In this document: piece by piece, positions 21,092 to 31,909 of the stretch
Layout: every line of letters starts with the position of its first letter
Position numbering within the stretch: the first letter of the stretch is position 1
Source of the DNA: TPA_inf: Saccharomyces
Lineage: Eukaryota
Assembly: GCA_000146045.2 (NCBI GenBank)
Contig: BK006941.2
Span: 448,001 to 512,000 of the forward strand
Length of the DNA stretch: 64,000 nt
Direction of reading: 5' to 3'
The notes under the pieces: generated by a model
Told to the model about the DNA's origin: nothing
The model's input: the letters and a program-made list of their open reading frames with translations, nothing else
Database searches by the model: none
Made by a program: the position numbers and the translations under genes

Positions 21092-24000
21092 TTAACTATC
21101 TGGATAAACGTCGCTCCACAGGATACTGTAGAGGTCCTCAAGATCACCGTTATTAACAAATTCATCTAGTGTCCCCAAATTAAAACTAGTTGCAGAAAAA
21201 TTGTTACTGTTGTTGTTGTTAATATTGTTAATATTGTTTTTATTGTTGTTGTTGTTGTTGTTGTTGTTATTGATTTCATTTGTGTTCATAAATGGTACTT
21301 GTACTGAAGTGGGTATTTGCTGCTGAGCATTGATTGGTTTATTAGATTGGACTTGCGTATTATTTTGCCCATTTGTTGGTTGCGCGTAATCGGGATTGAT
21401 CATATCAGACACGGATAATGACCTAAATGAAGGCAATTGTGCAAACTCCGGTAGTGAGTTGTTTCTCACTGGGGAAGGTGCTGAGCGACCATTGAATGGC
21501 AATTGAGGCGATTCAATGCCATTTAGTAAGCATGAAGTGCCCGTCTTAAGACTTGGGAGATCCGGATTCAAATTTTTTCCCGAATTATGCTTCATCTGCT
21601 TATTATCTTCATTTGACATTAGTGGTTCCTGAAACTTTCTATTTTTCAACATTTGTGAGACCGTTAAATGGAATCCTGACTTCTGAACAGGTTCTAATAA
21701 AAATCGATAAGCGCAAGAGTTTGTATCCAAGACAAGTTCTATTATACCTTTTAAATCTGGCGCATTCTCATCAATATATTTGGAGATAACATCGAGGTTG
21801 GTGCTAGAGGACTCTCCGTATGCCAAAAGCATGATACGAGTGACGATTGTCAGGAAAGAAAAAGCTCTTGTATAGTCTTTAAAGCTTTGGCTGTTGAAGA
21901 CATGCTCATTGGTCTCATTTTCGGAAAAAATTTTTATATCCAAAAATCTTTTGAAGACTCTAATCATATTCACAACGTCATTTACTTTAATGAATTCGGC
22001 CACTGAGAATGCTTGTGATACCAAAATAATGCAACTGATAGAATAATGGGCGAACGAACGGTATACGGAATAATCGTTGTCAAAGTCTAATAAGATTTTG
22101 TTCATATCGGTCCATGATTTGTAAATCTTGTGAAGGTATATTTTCAAGTTTTCAATTAGTATTGAGGGCCTTCTGTGCACGCATAATCTGGCGACAATAT
22201 TATCAGATTCGTTAACCATTCTGCAGAAATGGTGCTCGTAAAATAGAACAAATTTTGAAGCCATAATCTTATCCTCTCTTGAAACTTTGAGTTCAGTACT
22301 ATCTTTAGAGAATGCAATATCGAACAATTTTCCAGTTTGCTCTTTGATAGCATCATATTTCATTTCTGTTTCGTTAAAAATCTCGAGTACCTCGAAGAGT
22401 AGTTTCTCTCTAACAACAGATGGTTTTGATGTATTCCTAATTGACGTGAATTTTTCATTGAATAAAACAGATGATGAGAAATGGCTGACTATTTGTAAGA
22501 CAGCTAATTCGCCATAGTATTTTAAGTCGGATATGCACATGTTGTCAAAAGCTTCGCTCCTGCGAACTAAGTGGACGTTCTCGATAAAATCTCTATTATC
22601 CAAGAACCCAACATCTCGAAAATTCTTAGGTAATAAACAATTGATTTTGGAGTCATCAATGTTCGAAGGATAGCCAAGTTTAGAGGCTAAAGTTTTCTCG
22701 AAATAGAAAGCTTTCCACCAGAGATTTCTTCTTCTTTCAGCAAAGTTTTCATCAAGACCCACGTAAAATTCCCACCTTGATAAACCAACTCTTGAAACAA
22801 AATGAACTGCTACGTTCAAGACTTTTTCAAAACCGTATATTTCCGATAGCCAAAATAGCAGATCCAAAAAGTATAGAAGTTGCTCTAAATGCGTTATGTC
22901 GCATGTGAAGTCCACGTAGTTGTATAATGTAGAATTATAATAGCTGTAACATAAGGCGATTAGCGCCTCTCCAGCTTGACAATAATGGATGAATTCCTGC
23001 AAGACATCAATTGACTGCGTGTTTTTAGCCACGGAGGGGTTAGATGTGATTTCCATTAGGAAGTTCTGGTAGGAATTTTTATGCATATCCAACATCTTCA
23101 ATAAAATGCCAAACATGCTGATATCATTATTCATTTCGCTTAGTAGCTCAGAATTACTTATTCCGGTTATATTTCTCACAAAGGGCTGCGGTAAGTGATT
23201 TATCACTAACGCAACATGCGATTTTGTGTGTGCTGTATTCGGGCTCCCTGCAGATGATATCGAAGATGGGGTTGAAGGTAAAAGATTCATTTTCTGTAGG
23301 TAGTTTTCCAGGGGATTAGCTATGGAGACACAGCCTTGGTTGATGTGATGAAAACAAACGTCGAAAAACCTTAACATGATGTATATGGTTTCCTTGGCGG
23401 TCCTGGGAAAAATCTCGCATTTGGATTTGGATCTATAATTTTGGAAACATTTACCAATACCTTGAAGTGACAAAAATTGGAAAGGAGAGTACAAACCAAA
23501 GATTTCGTCGATCAAAGGTTGACTAGAAGTATCTTGGTCCTTCTTATTGTTTGACCAAGCGGCATATCTTGTCAAATGTACCACATCACAGTATTTGTTT
23601 TTCATCAATTGAGTTTCTATTGATTTATTAGGGTAAAATTTCGTTGTTGCTAATTCTTTGGTCCTCACTTTGGGTTCCCATCGCTTAAGCAAGTCACTTA
23701 TCTGAAGTTCAATGCTCTCGATGGCTGAGGTTACATGTGTACCTAAATGAGCCATCTCCTTCAAATTTTTCAGAGTGGTTTGTAGAGATGTCAAAGTTGC
23801 CTGTGATTCGCTATCGTCTTCATAAAAACCGTTTCTATTCACATCGTCGTCATTCTTCCCATCACTTCCGCTATTATCACCACTACTACGACCACCTAGC
23901 TTGAAATTCTCAAAAAATTTCGTTGGTTGTTCCACTGCGCATGGCCCGTCTGTACATCGCTGAGGATTAGAAAAAGAAGTCGAACTGGAATCTGTTTCCT

Positions 24001-24298
24001 CTTTGACTTGTACGGTTGTACCTTCCAAACTCGTCTTGTGAAGGTTTTTTATTCGAGCGCCACCTTGTCTAGTGCTGAACGTGCACTCACATGAATATAT
24101 CTCACAGCTTGCGCAGGGAAACTTCCCATTACATTTTATCTTTCTTTTTCTACAGTTATCGCACGCTTTACTTACTTTCGACCTTGGCTTACGAATCTTG
24201 CCGCTGAAACCTGTAGAAAAGTTGCTGGAGTCCGCGGACGATTCTGTATCCGGACCCGTCTCAATATGTACACCGTTCTTAGGTGTCAAGCCTCGCAT
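21092..24298 (-). CDS. PDR1: Zn2Cys6 pleiotropic drug resistance transcription factor (1068 aa, starting MRGLTPKNG...).
   Basis: Gal4-type zinc cluster CDNCRKRKIKCNGKFPCASCEIYSCEC, a large middle homology region, and a C-terminal polyN/acidic activation domain. Confidence 0.93.
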   Translation of the reverse strand: MRGLTPKNGVHIETGPDTESSADSSNFSTGFSGKIRKPRSKVSKACDNCRKRKIKCNGKFPCASCEIYSCECTFSTRQGGARIKNLHKTSLEGTTVQVKEETDSSSTSFSNPQRCTDGPCAVEQPTKFFENFKLGGRSSGDNSGSDGKNDDDVNRNGFYEDDSESQATLTSLQTTLKNLKEMAHLGTHVTSAIESIELQISDLLKRWEPKVRTKELATTKFYPNKSIETQLMKNKYCDVVHLTRYAAWSNNKKDQDTSSQPLIDEIFGLYSPFQFLSLQGIGKCFQNYRSKSKCEIFPRTAKETIYIMLRFFDVCFHHINQGCVSIANPLENYLQKMNLLPSTPSSISSAGSPNTAHTKSHVALVINHLPQPFVRNITGISNSELLSEMNNDISMFGILLKMLDMHKNSYQNFLMEITSNPSVAKNTQSIDVLQEFIHYCQAGEALIALCYSYYNSTLYNYVDFTCDITHLEQLLYFLDLLFWLSEIYGFEKVLNVAVHFVSRVGLSRWEFYVGLDENFAERRRNLWWKAFYFEKTLASKLGYPSNIDDSKINCLLPKNFRDVGFLDNRDFIENVHLVRRSEAFDNMCISDLKYYGELAVLQIVSHFSSSVLFNEKFTSIRNTSKPSVVREKLLFEVLEIFNETEMKYDAIKEQTGKLFDIAFSKDSTELKVSREDKIMASKFVLFYEHHFCRMVNESDNIVARLCVHRRPSILIENLKIYLHKIYKSWTDMNKILLDFDNDYSVYRSFAHYSISCIILVSQAFSVAEFIKVNDVVNMIRVFKRFLDIKIFSENETNEHVFNSQSFKDYTRAFSFLTIVTRIMLLAYGESSSTNLDVISKYIDENAPDLKGIIELVLDTNSCAYRFLLEPVQKSGFHLTVSQMLKNRKFQEPLMSNEDNKQMKHNSGKNLNPDLPSLKTGTSCLLNGIESPQLPFNGRSAPSPVRNNSLPEFAQLPSFRSLSVSDMINPDYAQPTNGQNNTQVQSNKPINAQQQIPTSVQVPFMNTNEINNNNNNNNNNKNNINNINNNNSNNFSATSFNLGTLDEFVNNGDLEDLYSILWSDVYPDS
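21205..21272. repeat. (GTT/ATT)n tract; on the minus strand it encodes the PDR1 C-terminal polyN.
   Basis: tgttgttgttgttaatattgttaatattgtttttattgttgttgttgttgttgttgttgttatt. Confidence 0.9.
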
Positions 24299-24854
24299 CT
24301 TCCAGTTTCTTGGATTCTTTTCTGTATATTCTTGGCTGAGATGAATAGTTAGCAAGTGATGTGCAAATTGTCTTTTTTTAGCCAAAACTCACTCCTGGTA
24401 ATGTCTATATGGCCGCTATGGTCCTGCTATCATGCTATTGTTGACAATGAAAGAGTGGCTGATCATGTGTAATAGGCGAATAAGGTTGTTTTGAAGAGCT
24501 TTAATTAGCGCCTCTTATTGCCACTCATTAGGTCTTGAACAAGAAAAGAAACTCCATTTAGGGTATGCGTCTGTTTCCAACAAAGCCCTATTGGACCCTG
24601 AGAATGTAAATCAGGGCTCGTTTCTTCTCGTTTAATAACTAAACGAGACTCATTTCTTTTTCGTTCCTTGGCGCTATTTTCGTGCATCCCGTAATTGCCG
24701 GTATTACGCGATCGTTTGGCGTTACTATGGAAAAGCAGAATTATATATCCTCGAGGAAAAATTACCAAACAGTGGTAATAACGTAGGAATGTAGTTCAGT
24801 TATGTAGATAGGCAGATACGGATATTTACGTAGTGTACATAGATTAGCATCGCT

Positions 24855-26276
24855 ATGGCAAAGGATAATAGTGAGAAGCTGCAGGTGCAGGGAGAGGAGA
24901 AAAAGTCCAAGCAACCGGTTAATTTCCTGCCTCAGGGTAAATGGCTGAAGCCAAATGAAATCGAATATGAGTTTGGTGGGACTACTGGTGTTATTGGTAT
25001 GCTGATCGGGTTTCCACTGCTAATGTACTATATGTGGATTTGTGCGGAATTTTATCACGGTAAGGTTGCCCTACCCAAGGCTGGTGAATCGTGGATGCAC
25101 TTTATCAAGCACCTATACCAGTTAGTCTTGGAGAACGGTATCCCAGAAAAGTATGACTGGACTATTTTCTTAACATTTTGGGTGTTTCAGATCATTTTCT
25201 ACTATACGTTGCCCGGGATTTGGACAAAAGGTCAACCATTGTCTCATTTGAAGGGAAAACAATTGCCTTACTTTTGTAATGCCATGTGGACCTTGTATGT
25301 AACTACCACTTTGGTCTTGGTTTTGCACTTTACCAATCTTTTTAGATTGTATGTCATTATTGACCGTTTTGGGAGGATCATGACATGTGCCATTATTTCA
25401 GGGTTTGCCTTCTCCATCATATTGTACTTATGGACTTTATTTATCTCACATGACTATCATAGAATGACAGGAAACCATCTATATGATTTCTTCATGGGAG
25501 CTCCACTAAACCCTAGGTGGGGGATTTTGGACTTGAAGATGTTTTTCGAGGTTAGATTACCTTGGTTCACCCTTTACTTTATCACTTTGGGTGCCTGTTT
25601 GAAGCAGTGGGAGACTTACGGCTATGTGACACCACAATTGGGGGTTGTCATGTTAGCTCATTGGTTGTACGCGAACGCATGTGCTAAAGGTGAAGAATTG
25701 ATTGTTCCAACCTGGGACATGGCTTACGAAAAGTTTGGATTTATGCTGATCTTCTGGAATATTGCCGGTGTCCCATACACTTACTGTCATTGTACGTTGT
25801 ATTTGTACTACCATGACCCATCTGAATATCACTGGTCTACACTGTACAATGTTTCGCTGTACGTTGTTCTATTATGCGCCTACTACTTCTTTGACACGGC
25901 AAATGCTCAGAAAAATGCCTTCAGAAAGCAAATGTCTGGTGACAAGACAGGTAGGAAGACTTTCCCATTTTTGCCATACCAAATTTTGAAGAATCCAAAG
26001 TATATGGTTACCTCCAATGGATCGTACCTATTGATTGATGGTTGGTACACTTTGGCTAGAAAAATTCACTACACTGCCGATTGGACTCAATCTCTCGTTT
26101 GGGCCTTGTCTTGCGGGTTCAACTCGGTGTTCCCATGGTTTTTCCCAGTATTCTTCCTTGTTGTCCTGATTCACAGAGCCTTCAGAGACCAAGCAAAATG
26201 TAAGAGAAAGTACGGAAAAGATTGGGATGAGTATTGTAAACATTGCCCTTACGTCTTTATTCCTTATGTTTTCTAG
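24855..26276 (+). CDS. ERG4: Sterol C-24(28) reductase (473 aa).
   Basis: Multi-pass ERG4/ERG24 sterol reductase family, with the C-terminal signature LLxDGWYxxxRxxHYxADW. Confidence 0.93.
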   Translation: MAKDNSEKLQVQGEEKKSKQPVNFLPQGKWLKPNEIEYEFGGTTGVIGMLIGFPLLMYYMWICAEFYHGKVALPKAGESWMHFIKHLYQLVLENGIPEKYDWTIFLTFWVFQIIFYYTLPGIWTKGQPLSHLKGKQLPYFCNAMWTLYVTTTLVLVLHFTNLFRLYVIIDRFGRIMTCAIISGFAFSIILYLWTLFISHDYHRMTGNHLYDFFMGAPLNPRWGILDLKMFFEVRLPWFTLYFITLGACLKQWETYGYVTPQLGVVMLAHWLYANACAKGEELIVPTWDMAYEKFGFMLIFWNIAGVPYTYCHCTLYLYYHDPSEYHWSTLYNVSLYVVLLCAYYFFDTANAQKNAFRKQMSGDKTGRKTFPFLPYQILKNPKYMVTSNGSYLLIDGWYTLARKIHYTADWTQSLVWALSCGFNSVFPWFFPVFFLVVLIHRAFRDQAKCKRKYGKDWDEYCKHCPYVFIPYVF

Positions 26277-26488
26277 TTATTTTCTTTTTCTATCCACTTC
26301 ATTAACTTATTTTACAGTTTGTATATAAAAGTATTGATGTATTTACGCGACAAAAGGGCTTGAAAAGATTCGATTTTCTATTACTTGATCTACTTTTTCC
26401 TATAAAATAAATCCTAAATGAAACGTGTCCATACATATATTGAGTGTTGACGCGTGTGATTTCACATTATGTTGTGGCAGGAAGTATG

Positions 26489-27247
26489 TTAATCTTGTTC
26501 AGCAATTGCTACTAGCCTTTCTTCGATGTTCTCAGCACTCAAGGTAAAGAATTTGTCCTTTGTAGCGACACCGACTTCCAAGTCATTCTTTGAAAATTCG
26601 GTACCCAGTGCGTCAATCATATGAGTAATAGCAAATTCTACCACCTTCTCCCATGATTCTTCATTAATATGGTCGATTTTACTCTTTTTGAAATGGTTTT
26701 CTAAGTTTGTTGTGATCTCCTGTTGTTTTGGTCCTGTCGCAGTAGCTTTGTAGCCAACGTAATAACCTGCAGGGTCAGTTTTGTAAATGGAGGGACCCAA
26801 TTCTTCATCTACCGAAACAAATGTGAGTATAACACCTAATGGTCTCATATATGCTCTTTGAGTATAGATTTGGGAAAGGTTAGCCATTCTCTTAGCCAAT
26901 ACATCGCATGGCATATCATAACCATATTTATAACGGAATTCTGCAGCCTCAGCCTTGGCTCTTAGGGCCGCATTTCTTGCATCCGGTATTGGTCCGTTCA
27001 CTACCATACCAATTGTTCTTGAAATACAAAAAATATACGAAACAGTAGTTGGATCCAACAGTTTATCAGGGACCTTTTTCTGACTTATCACCACTGTACA
27101 ATCTTTACCTCTGACCGCTAGTGAGTTTATGTTAGTTTGATTAGTCGCTTTAAAGGCATATTCTACTTGATATAAACGACCCTCGGGGGAAAAGATAGTG
27201 ATGTGCCTGTCATAACCAGCAGCAGATGCAGCAGCAGCACCCGACAT
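26489..27247 (-). CDS. SCL1: 20S proteasome alpha-1 subunit (252 aa).
   Basis: Proteasome alpha-type N-terminal signature ([20 protein letters not shown]). Confidence 0.93.
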
Positions 27248-27346
27248 GATTGTAATATGTTTTTTTCGCTTTGCTTCGTCTCTGCCCTTATATGATTTAG
27301 CATGAAGATTATAATGAGTTAGCCATTTAACTTACTCTATCCTTAC

Positions 27347-27355
27347 GGTGGCAAA
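27347..27355. promoter_or_regulatory. PACE / Rpn4-binding element GGTGGCAAA in the SCL1 promoter.
   Basis: An exact nonamer about 100 bp upstream of the SCL1 ATG (27247, minus strand). Proteasome subunit genes characteristically carry PACE. Confidence 0.65.
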
Positions 27356-27544
27356 TTGGTGTGTGCCCTTCGTCTATTGTGATATCATAATTAAGGATCG
27401 CGATTACCATTATAAGAGGATGGGGAAAAGGAATGCCAAGGTAAATCCAGGAAAGTGAAACTTGGGAGTTTGTTTGGAGGATATGTATATAAATATACGA
27501 GGTTTTGAGAATATAGTCTCTTCTTCTGTTATAAAAGAATAAAT

Positions 27545-28069
27545 ATGGGCGAAGGTTTGCTGGATTTAAGATCTCAGCTTGGATTTTACAAGTTTTACCA
27601 CCACAATCCTAAGAACGTTTTGATCCATTCCATATTTGTCCCCACAATCCTATTTAGTGGTAGCTGTATGCTCCACAGAGTCAAAATATATCAGAGTATT
27701 TCATTGACTGCTGTGCTAAGCGTTTTATTTTCCATATTTTATTGTCTTCTGTATTTACCCACAGGGCTATTAGCAGGAGTTCTCTTGCTTTTGTTAAATC
27801 TTGCACTCATCGATCACAGGGTTGATTTAACATTTAAGCAGGAACTGGGTTTGTTTACTATTGGTTGGATTTTCCAATTTGTTGGCCATGGTGTCTTTGA
27901 GAAAAGGAGGCCAGCGTTAATTGACAATCTAGTTCAGAGCTTGGTGCTGGCACCATATTTTATAATGTTCGAGTTCCTTTTCAAATTGGGTTTCATGCCT
28001 AGATTAAAGGCAACTCTCGAACATGATCTTGAAATTAAGCAAAGAAATTTGCGGATGCAAAGACAATAA
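27545..28069 (+). CDS. MPO1: DUF962-family ER membrane protein, a 2-hydroxy fatty acid dioxygenase (174 aa).
   Basis: Four-transmembrane-helix DUF962 protein with HxxxH-like motifs. Its size and position fit. Confidence 0.75.
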   Translation: MGEGLLDLRSQLGFYKFYHHNPKNVLIHSIFVPTILFSGSCMLHRVKIYQSISLTAVLSVLFSIFYCLLYLPTGLLAGVLLLLLNLALIDHRVDLTFKQELGLFTIGWIFQFVGHGVFEKRRPALIDNLVQSLVLAPYFIMFEFLFKLGFMPRLKATLEHDLEIKQRNLRMQRQ

Positions 28070-28312
28070 AGAGGGATAATGTTGCATTTAAAGTACATGT
28101 TCCTCTGTAGCATTCACAAAACCTGCATGCATTAACAAGGGCTAGCATTATAAACTTCATCAATGATGTTATAGTCAAATAAATAAATAATTAGTGAGTA
28201 CGTTAGATTACGTATTAATAATAAATAAGTAGTTTGGTTTTAGAAAAGGATGGTGTGCTTGTCGCTGAGACACATGTTATTGACGCCAGGTTTGGACGTT
28301 GTTTTTCACTGT

Positions 28313-30652
28313 CTACCAATCCTGGTGGACTTTATCGAAAGTAGTTGTAACAGCTTTTCTTTTTGGAACGTTGTCAAATTTTAATAATTTTGATCCACCT
28401 TCCAAGAATGAGTATTTCTCTCTTCTCAAAGCTTCGTATCTGGAAATGTATTCTTCCTTTTGCAATGTAATACCAATATCATCAAGACCGTTAACTAGGC
28501 AGTGCTTTCTGAAAGGTTCTATTTCAAAATGATCAACGAGCACATTGCCATCGGAATCCAAAATTTTTTGATTTGGTAAATCGACGCAGAGCTTACCACC
28601 CTTATTAGCAATAGGGATCAATTTGTCAATGATTATTTGTTGATCCAATCTAATAGGTAATAAGCCGTTCTTGAAAGAGTTGTTGTAGAAAATATCACCG
28701 TAAGAAGGTGCAATGATGGATTTTATACCAAAGTCTTTTAGAGCCCATGGTGCGTGTTCTCTGGAAGAACCACATCCGAAATTGTCACCAGTAACAACCA
28801 ATATTTCAGCTTCCCTCCAAGGTTCAACATTTAATACAAAATCGGTTTCTTGATCCTTACCTTGATCGTCTTTACGGAAACGCCATTCATAAAACAACCC
28901 TTTTTTCAAACCCGTTCTCTTAATTGTCTTTAAAAATTGCTTTGGGATAATAGCGTCTGTATCAACATTGGCCTTATCTAATGGTGCGCTAATACCTTCC
29001 AAAGTCAAAAATGGCTTCATGCCGGAAGAGCTAGGTTTAGCAGGTGTATCATCTGACTTCACTGGAATATCTTTTAATTCATCATTGGCAATATCTTGGG
29101 GAGCGTCTTCGGGTTGGACAGGTTCAGCGTGATCGTAAGCAGCACTTTCAAGCTCTTTTTCATCTTCGGAAGTGACCTCAACCTTTGGACTACTTTGGTC
29201 TTGATCCTTATATTCGAATTCTCTAATATCTACGAAGTGACCTGCGATACCTGCAGCAGCCGCCATGGCTGGGGACATTAGATGTGTACGAGACAAGGCA
29301 CCTTGACGACCTTCGAAATTTCTGTTGGAAGTAGAAGCACAACGTTCATAGGCATCCAAAATATCAGGGTTCATACCTAAACATATTGAACAACCAGCTT
29401 CTCTCCATTCAAAACCAGCTTCTTGGAAAATCTTGTCCAAACCTTCTGCTTCGGCTTGTTTTTTGACCAAACCAGATCCCGGAACAACCATAGCTAATTT
29501 GATGTTACTAGCCAATTTTTGACCCCTAACTACAGCTGCAGCACTTCTTAAATCTTCAATACGGCCATTGGTACAAGATCCAATAAAGACTTTATCTACT
29601 TTGATGCTCTTTAGCGGTGTGTTAGGTTCCAAACCCATATAGGCTAAGGCTCTTTCCATACCAGATTTCTTTATTGGGTCTGTAACATTTTTTGGATCTG
29701 GTACGGAACCAGTAATTGGTAAGGCATCTTGAGGAGAAGTACCCCATGTAATAGTTGGAATCACGTCGACAGCTTCAATGTTGATTTCGTGGTCAAATTT
29801 GGCACCTTCGTCTGTTTTCAAAGTTTTCCAGTAGGCAACAGCCTTTTCCCATTCGGCACCTTTTGGAGCCAAAGGTCTGCCTTTGGTGTATTGGAAAGTA
29901 GTTTCGTCTGGTTTAATCATACCTGCTCTTGCACCAGCTTCGATGGCCATGTTACACATGGACATACGTGCTTCCATAGAAAGAGCTTCAATGGCTTCAC
30001 CTGCGAATTCAATAACGCAACCAGTACCACCTGCAGTACCTATCAGACCAATAATATACAAAATCAAATCTTTAGATGTGATACCAGGTGATAGCTTACC
30101 ATTAACAGTAATTCTCATGTTTTTCGATTTAGCTTGGATAATTGTTTGAGTGGCCAAGACGTGTTCAACTTCAGAAGTACCAATACCAAAGGCCAGCGAA
30201 CCAAAGGCACCGTGAGTAGAGGTATGAGAGTCACCACAAACAACAGTGGTACCTGGTAAAGTGAAACCTTCTTCGGGACCGATGGTGTGGACGATACCTT
30301 GTCTGGCATCACTCATACCGAAATATGGAACGCCGAACTGTTTAACATTATTCTCTAAAGTTTTGACTTGTAAACGCGAATCAGTTTGCTTGATAAATGT
30401 GTCTAGTGATTTGAAATTCTTTCTTGATTCAGTTGGAATATTATGATCTACAGTAGCTAGAGTACAATCAACTCTTCTGACCTTTCTGCCGGCATTTTCT
30501 AGGCCTTCGAAAGCTTGTGGAGAGGTGACTTCATGAACCAAGTGTCTGTCGATATACAACAAAAAGGAACCATTTTCATCTTGATGGACAACATGTGCAT
30601 CAAAAACCTTATCGTAAAGAGTTCTTGGACCCTTGGATGGAGTGTAAACCAT
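28313..30652 (-). CDS. LEU1: 3-isopropylmalate dehydratase (779 aa; fused large and small subunits).
   Basis: Aconitase-family Fe-S ligands (CGDSHT, GSCTNGR, CSIC) with a C-terminal LeuD-like swivel domain. Confidence 0.95.
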   Translation of the reverse strand: MVYTPSKGPRTLYDKVFDAHVVHQDENGSFLLYIDRHLVHEVTSPQAFEGLENAGRKVRRVDCTLATVDHNIPTESRKNFKSLDTFIKQTDSRLQVKTLENNVKQFGVPYFGMSDARQGIVHTIGPEEGFTLPGTTVVCGDSHTSTHGAFGSLAFGIGTSEVEHVLATQTIIQAKSKNMRITVNGKLSPGITSKDLILYIIGLIGTAGGTGCVIEFAGEAIEALSMEARMSMCNMAIEAGARAGMIKPDETTFQYTKGRPLAPKGAEWEKAVAYWKTLKTDEGAKFDHEINIEAVDVIPTITWGTSPQDALPITGSVPDPKNVTDPIKKSGMERALAYMGLEPNTPLKSIKVDKVFIGSCTNGRIEDLRSAAAVVRGQKLASNIKLAMVVPGSGLVKKQAEAEGLDKIFQEAGFEWREAGCSICLGMNPDILDAYERCASTSNRNFEGRQGALSRTHLMSPAMAAAAGIAGHFVDIREFEYKDQDQSSPKVEVTSEDEKELESAAYDHAEPVQPEDAPQDIANDELKDIPVKSDDTPAKPSSSGMKPFLTLEGISAPLDKANVDTDAIIPKQFLKTIKRTGLKKGLFYEWRFRKDDQGKDQETDFVLNVEPWREAEILVVTGDNFGCGSSREHAPWALKDFGIKSIIAPSYGDIFYNNSFKNGLLPIRLDQQIIIDKLIPIANKGGKLCVDLPNQKILDSDGNVLVDHFEIEPFRKHCLVNGLDDIGITLQKEEYISRYEALRREKYSFLEGGSKLLKFDNVPKRKAVTTTFDKVHQDW

Positions 30653-30829
30653 GATTTAAAACAGCAAATAATAAAAATCGATAGCGACAAAAACTGTCAA
30701 TTTCAATATTCTTTATATTTGTTGACTGCTTAGATATTTTGAGAAAATTCAGCGGAAACAGCGTGATGAGTGAGTTAAGTTCTGCTGTTTAAATAAGTAT
30801 TCAACTACTATTGAAGCCGACTCATGAAG

Positions 30830-30839
30830 CCGGTTACGG
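30830..30839. promoter_or_regulatory. Leu3 UAS_LEU site CCGGTTACGG (CCG-N4-CGG), upstream of LEU1.
   Basis: Everted CGG triplets with 4-bp spacing lie about 180 bp upstream of the LEU1 ATG (30652, minus strand). A TGAGTC Gcn4-like core sits immediately adjacent at about 30819-30826. Confidence 0.6.
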
Positions 30840-30859
30840 ACAAAACCGGGCAAATTTCG

Positions 30860-30869
30860 CCGGTCCCGG
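30860..30869. promoter_or_regulatory. Second Leu3 UAS_LEU site, CCGGTCCCGG.
   Basis: CCG-N4-CGG about 210 bp upstream of LEU1. This is a palindromic GC island inside otherwise AT-rich promoter DNA. Confidence 0.6.
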
Positions 30870-31633
30870 AATTTTCGTTTCCGCAATAAAAGAACCGCTC
30901 ATCATCATAGCGCCAGGGTAGTATACTATAGAAGGTCAGACTAAACTGAGTCATCTAGAGTAATGACGCCTTAGTAGCTTTTACATCTTCATAAGAAAAG
31001 GAAACTTGTAGAATGGCCTGGCGATTTGTTTGCTTTCTTGTGATGAAGAAATTTCGATGCGATTAACCGGCAAAATCAGTAAAGGTATTTCGCGGAGGCG
31101 GCCTTCAATCATCGAATACTACGTCTTAATATGATGTACTGTGGTTCATATTTTCAAGTAGTGTTAGTAAATTTGTATACGTTCATGTAAGTGTGTATCT
31201 TGAGTGTCTGTATGGGCGCATAAACGTAAGCGAGACTTCCAAATGGAGCAAACGAGAAGAGATCTTTAAAGTATTATAGAAGAGCTGGGCAGGAACTATT
31301 ATGACGTAAAGCCTTGACCATAATAAAGACGATTCTTTGTCCCTCTATACAAACATCTTGCAAAGATACCAAATATTTTCAAATCCTACTCAATAAAAAA
31401 TTAATGAATAAATTAGTGTGTGTGCATTATATATATTAAAAATTAAGAATTAGACTAAATAAAGTGTTTCTAAAAAAATATTAAAGTTGAAATGTGCGTG
31501 TTGTGAATTGTGCTCTATTAGAATAATTATGACTTGTGTGCGTTTCATATTTTAAAATAGGAAATAACCAAGAAAGAAAAAGTACCATCCAGAGAAACCA
31601 ATTATATCAAATCAAATAAAACAACCAGCTTCG

Positions 31634-31651
31634 GTGTGTGTGTGTGTGTGA
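31634..31651. repeat. (GT)9 dinucleotide microsatellite in the LEU1-PMA1 intergenic region, with a second (TG)6 at 31690-31701.
   Basis: cggtgtgtgtgtgtgtgtgaagc ... aaggtgtgtgtgtggat. Confidence 0.9.
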
Positions 31652-31909
31652 AGCTAAGAGTTGATGCCATTTAATCTAAAAATTTTAAGGTGTGTGTGTG
31701 GATAAAATATTAGAATGACAATTCGAGATGAAATTTTAAGCAAACTCTAGTAGGAAATAAGCGGCTTATTCTTGTTGGCTCCTAATTCTTTTTAGTGTAT
31801 CAGTTCCCATTGATAAAAAAATTAAAATTAAAATTAGAAAAATTAAACCAGAAAAATCAAGTTGATTAAAATGTGACAAAAATTATGATTAAATGCTACT
31901 TCAACAGGA

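Noticed and set aside
24299-24385. N-terminal extension of PDR1 to 1097 aa from the upstream ATG at 24385.
   Set aside because: The recognisable Pdr1 N-terminus begins at MRGLTPKNG (24298). The extension (MAKKRQFAHHLLTIHLSQEYTEKNPRNWK) is AT-rich, promoter-like sequence. I kept it only as a low-interest alternative-start note.
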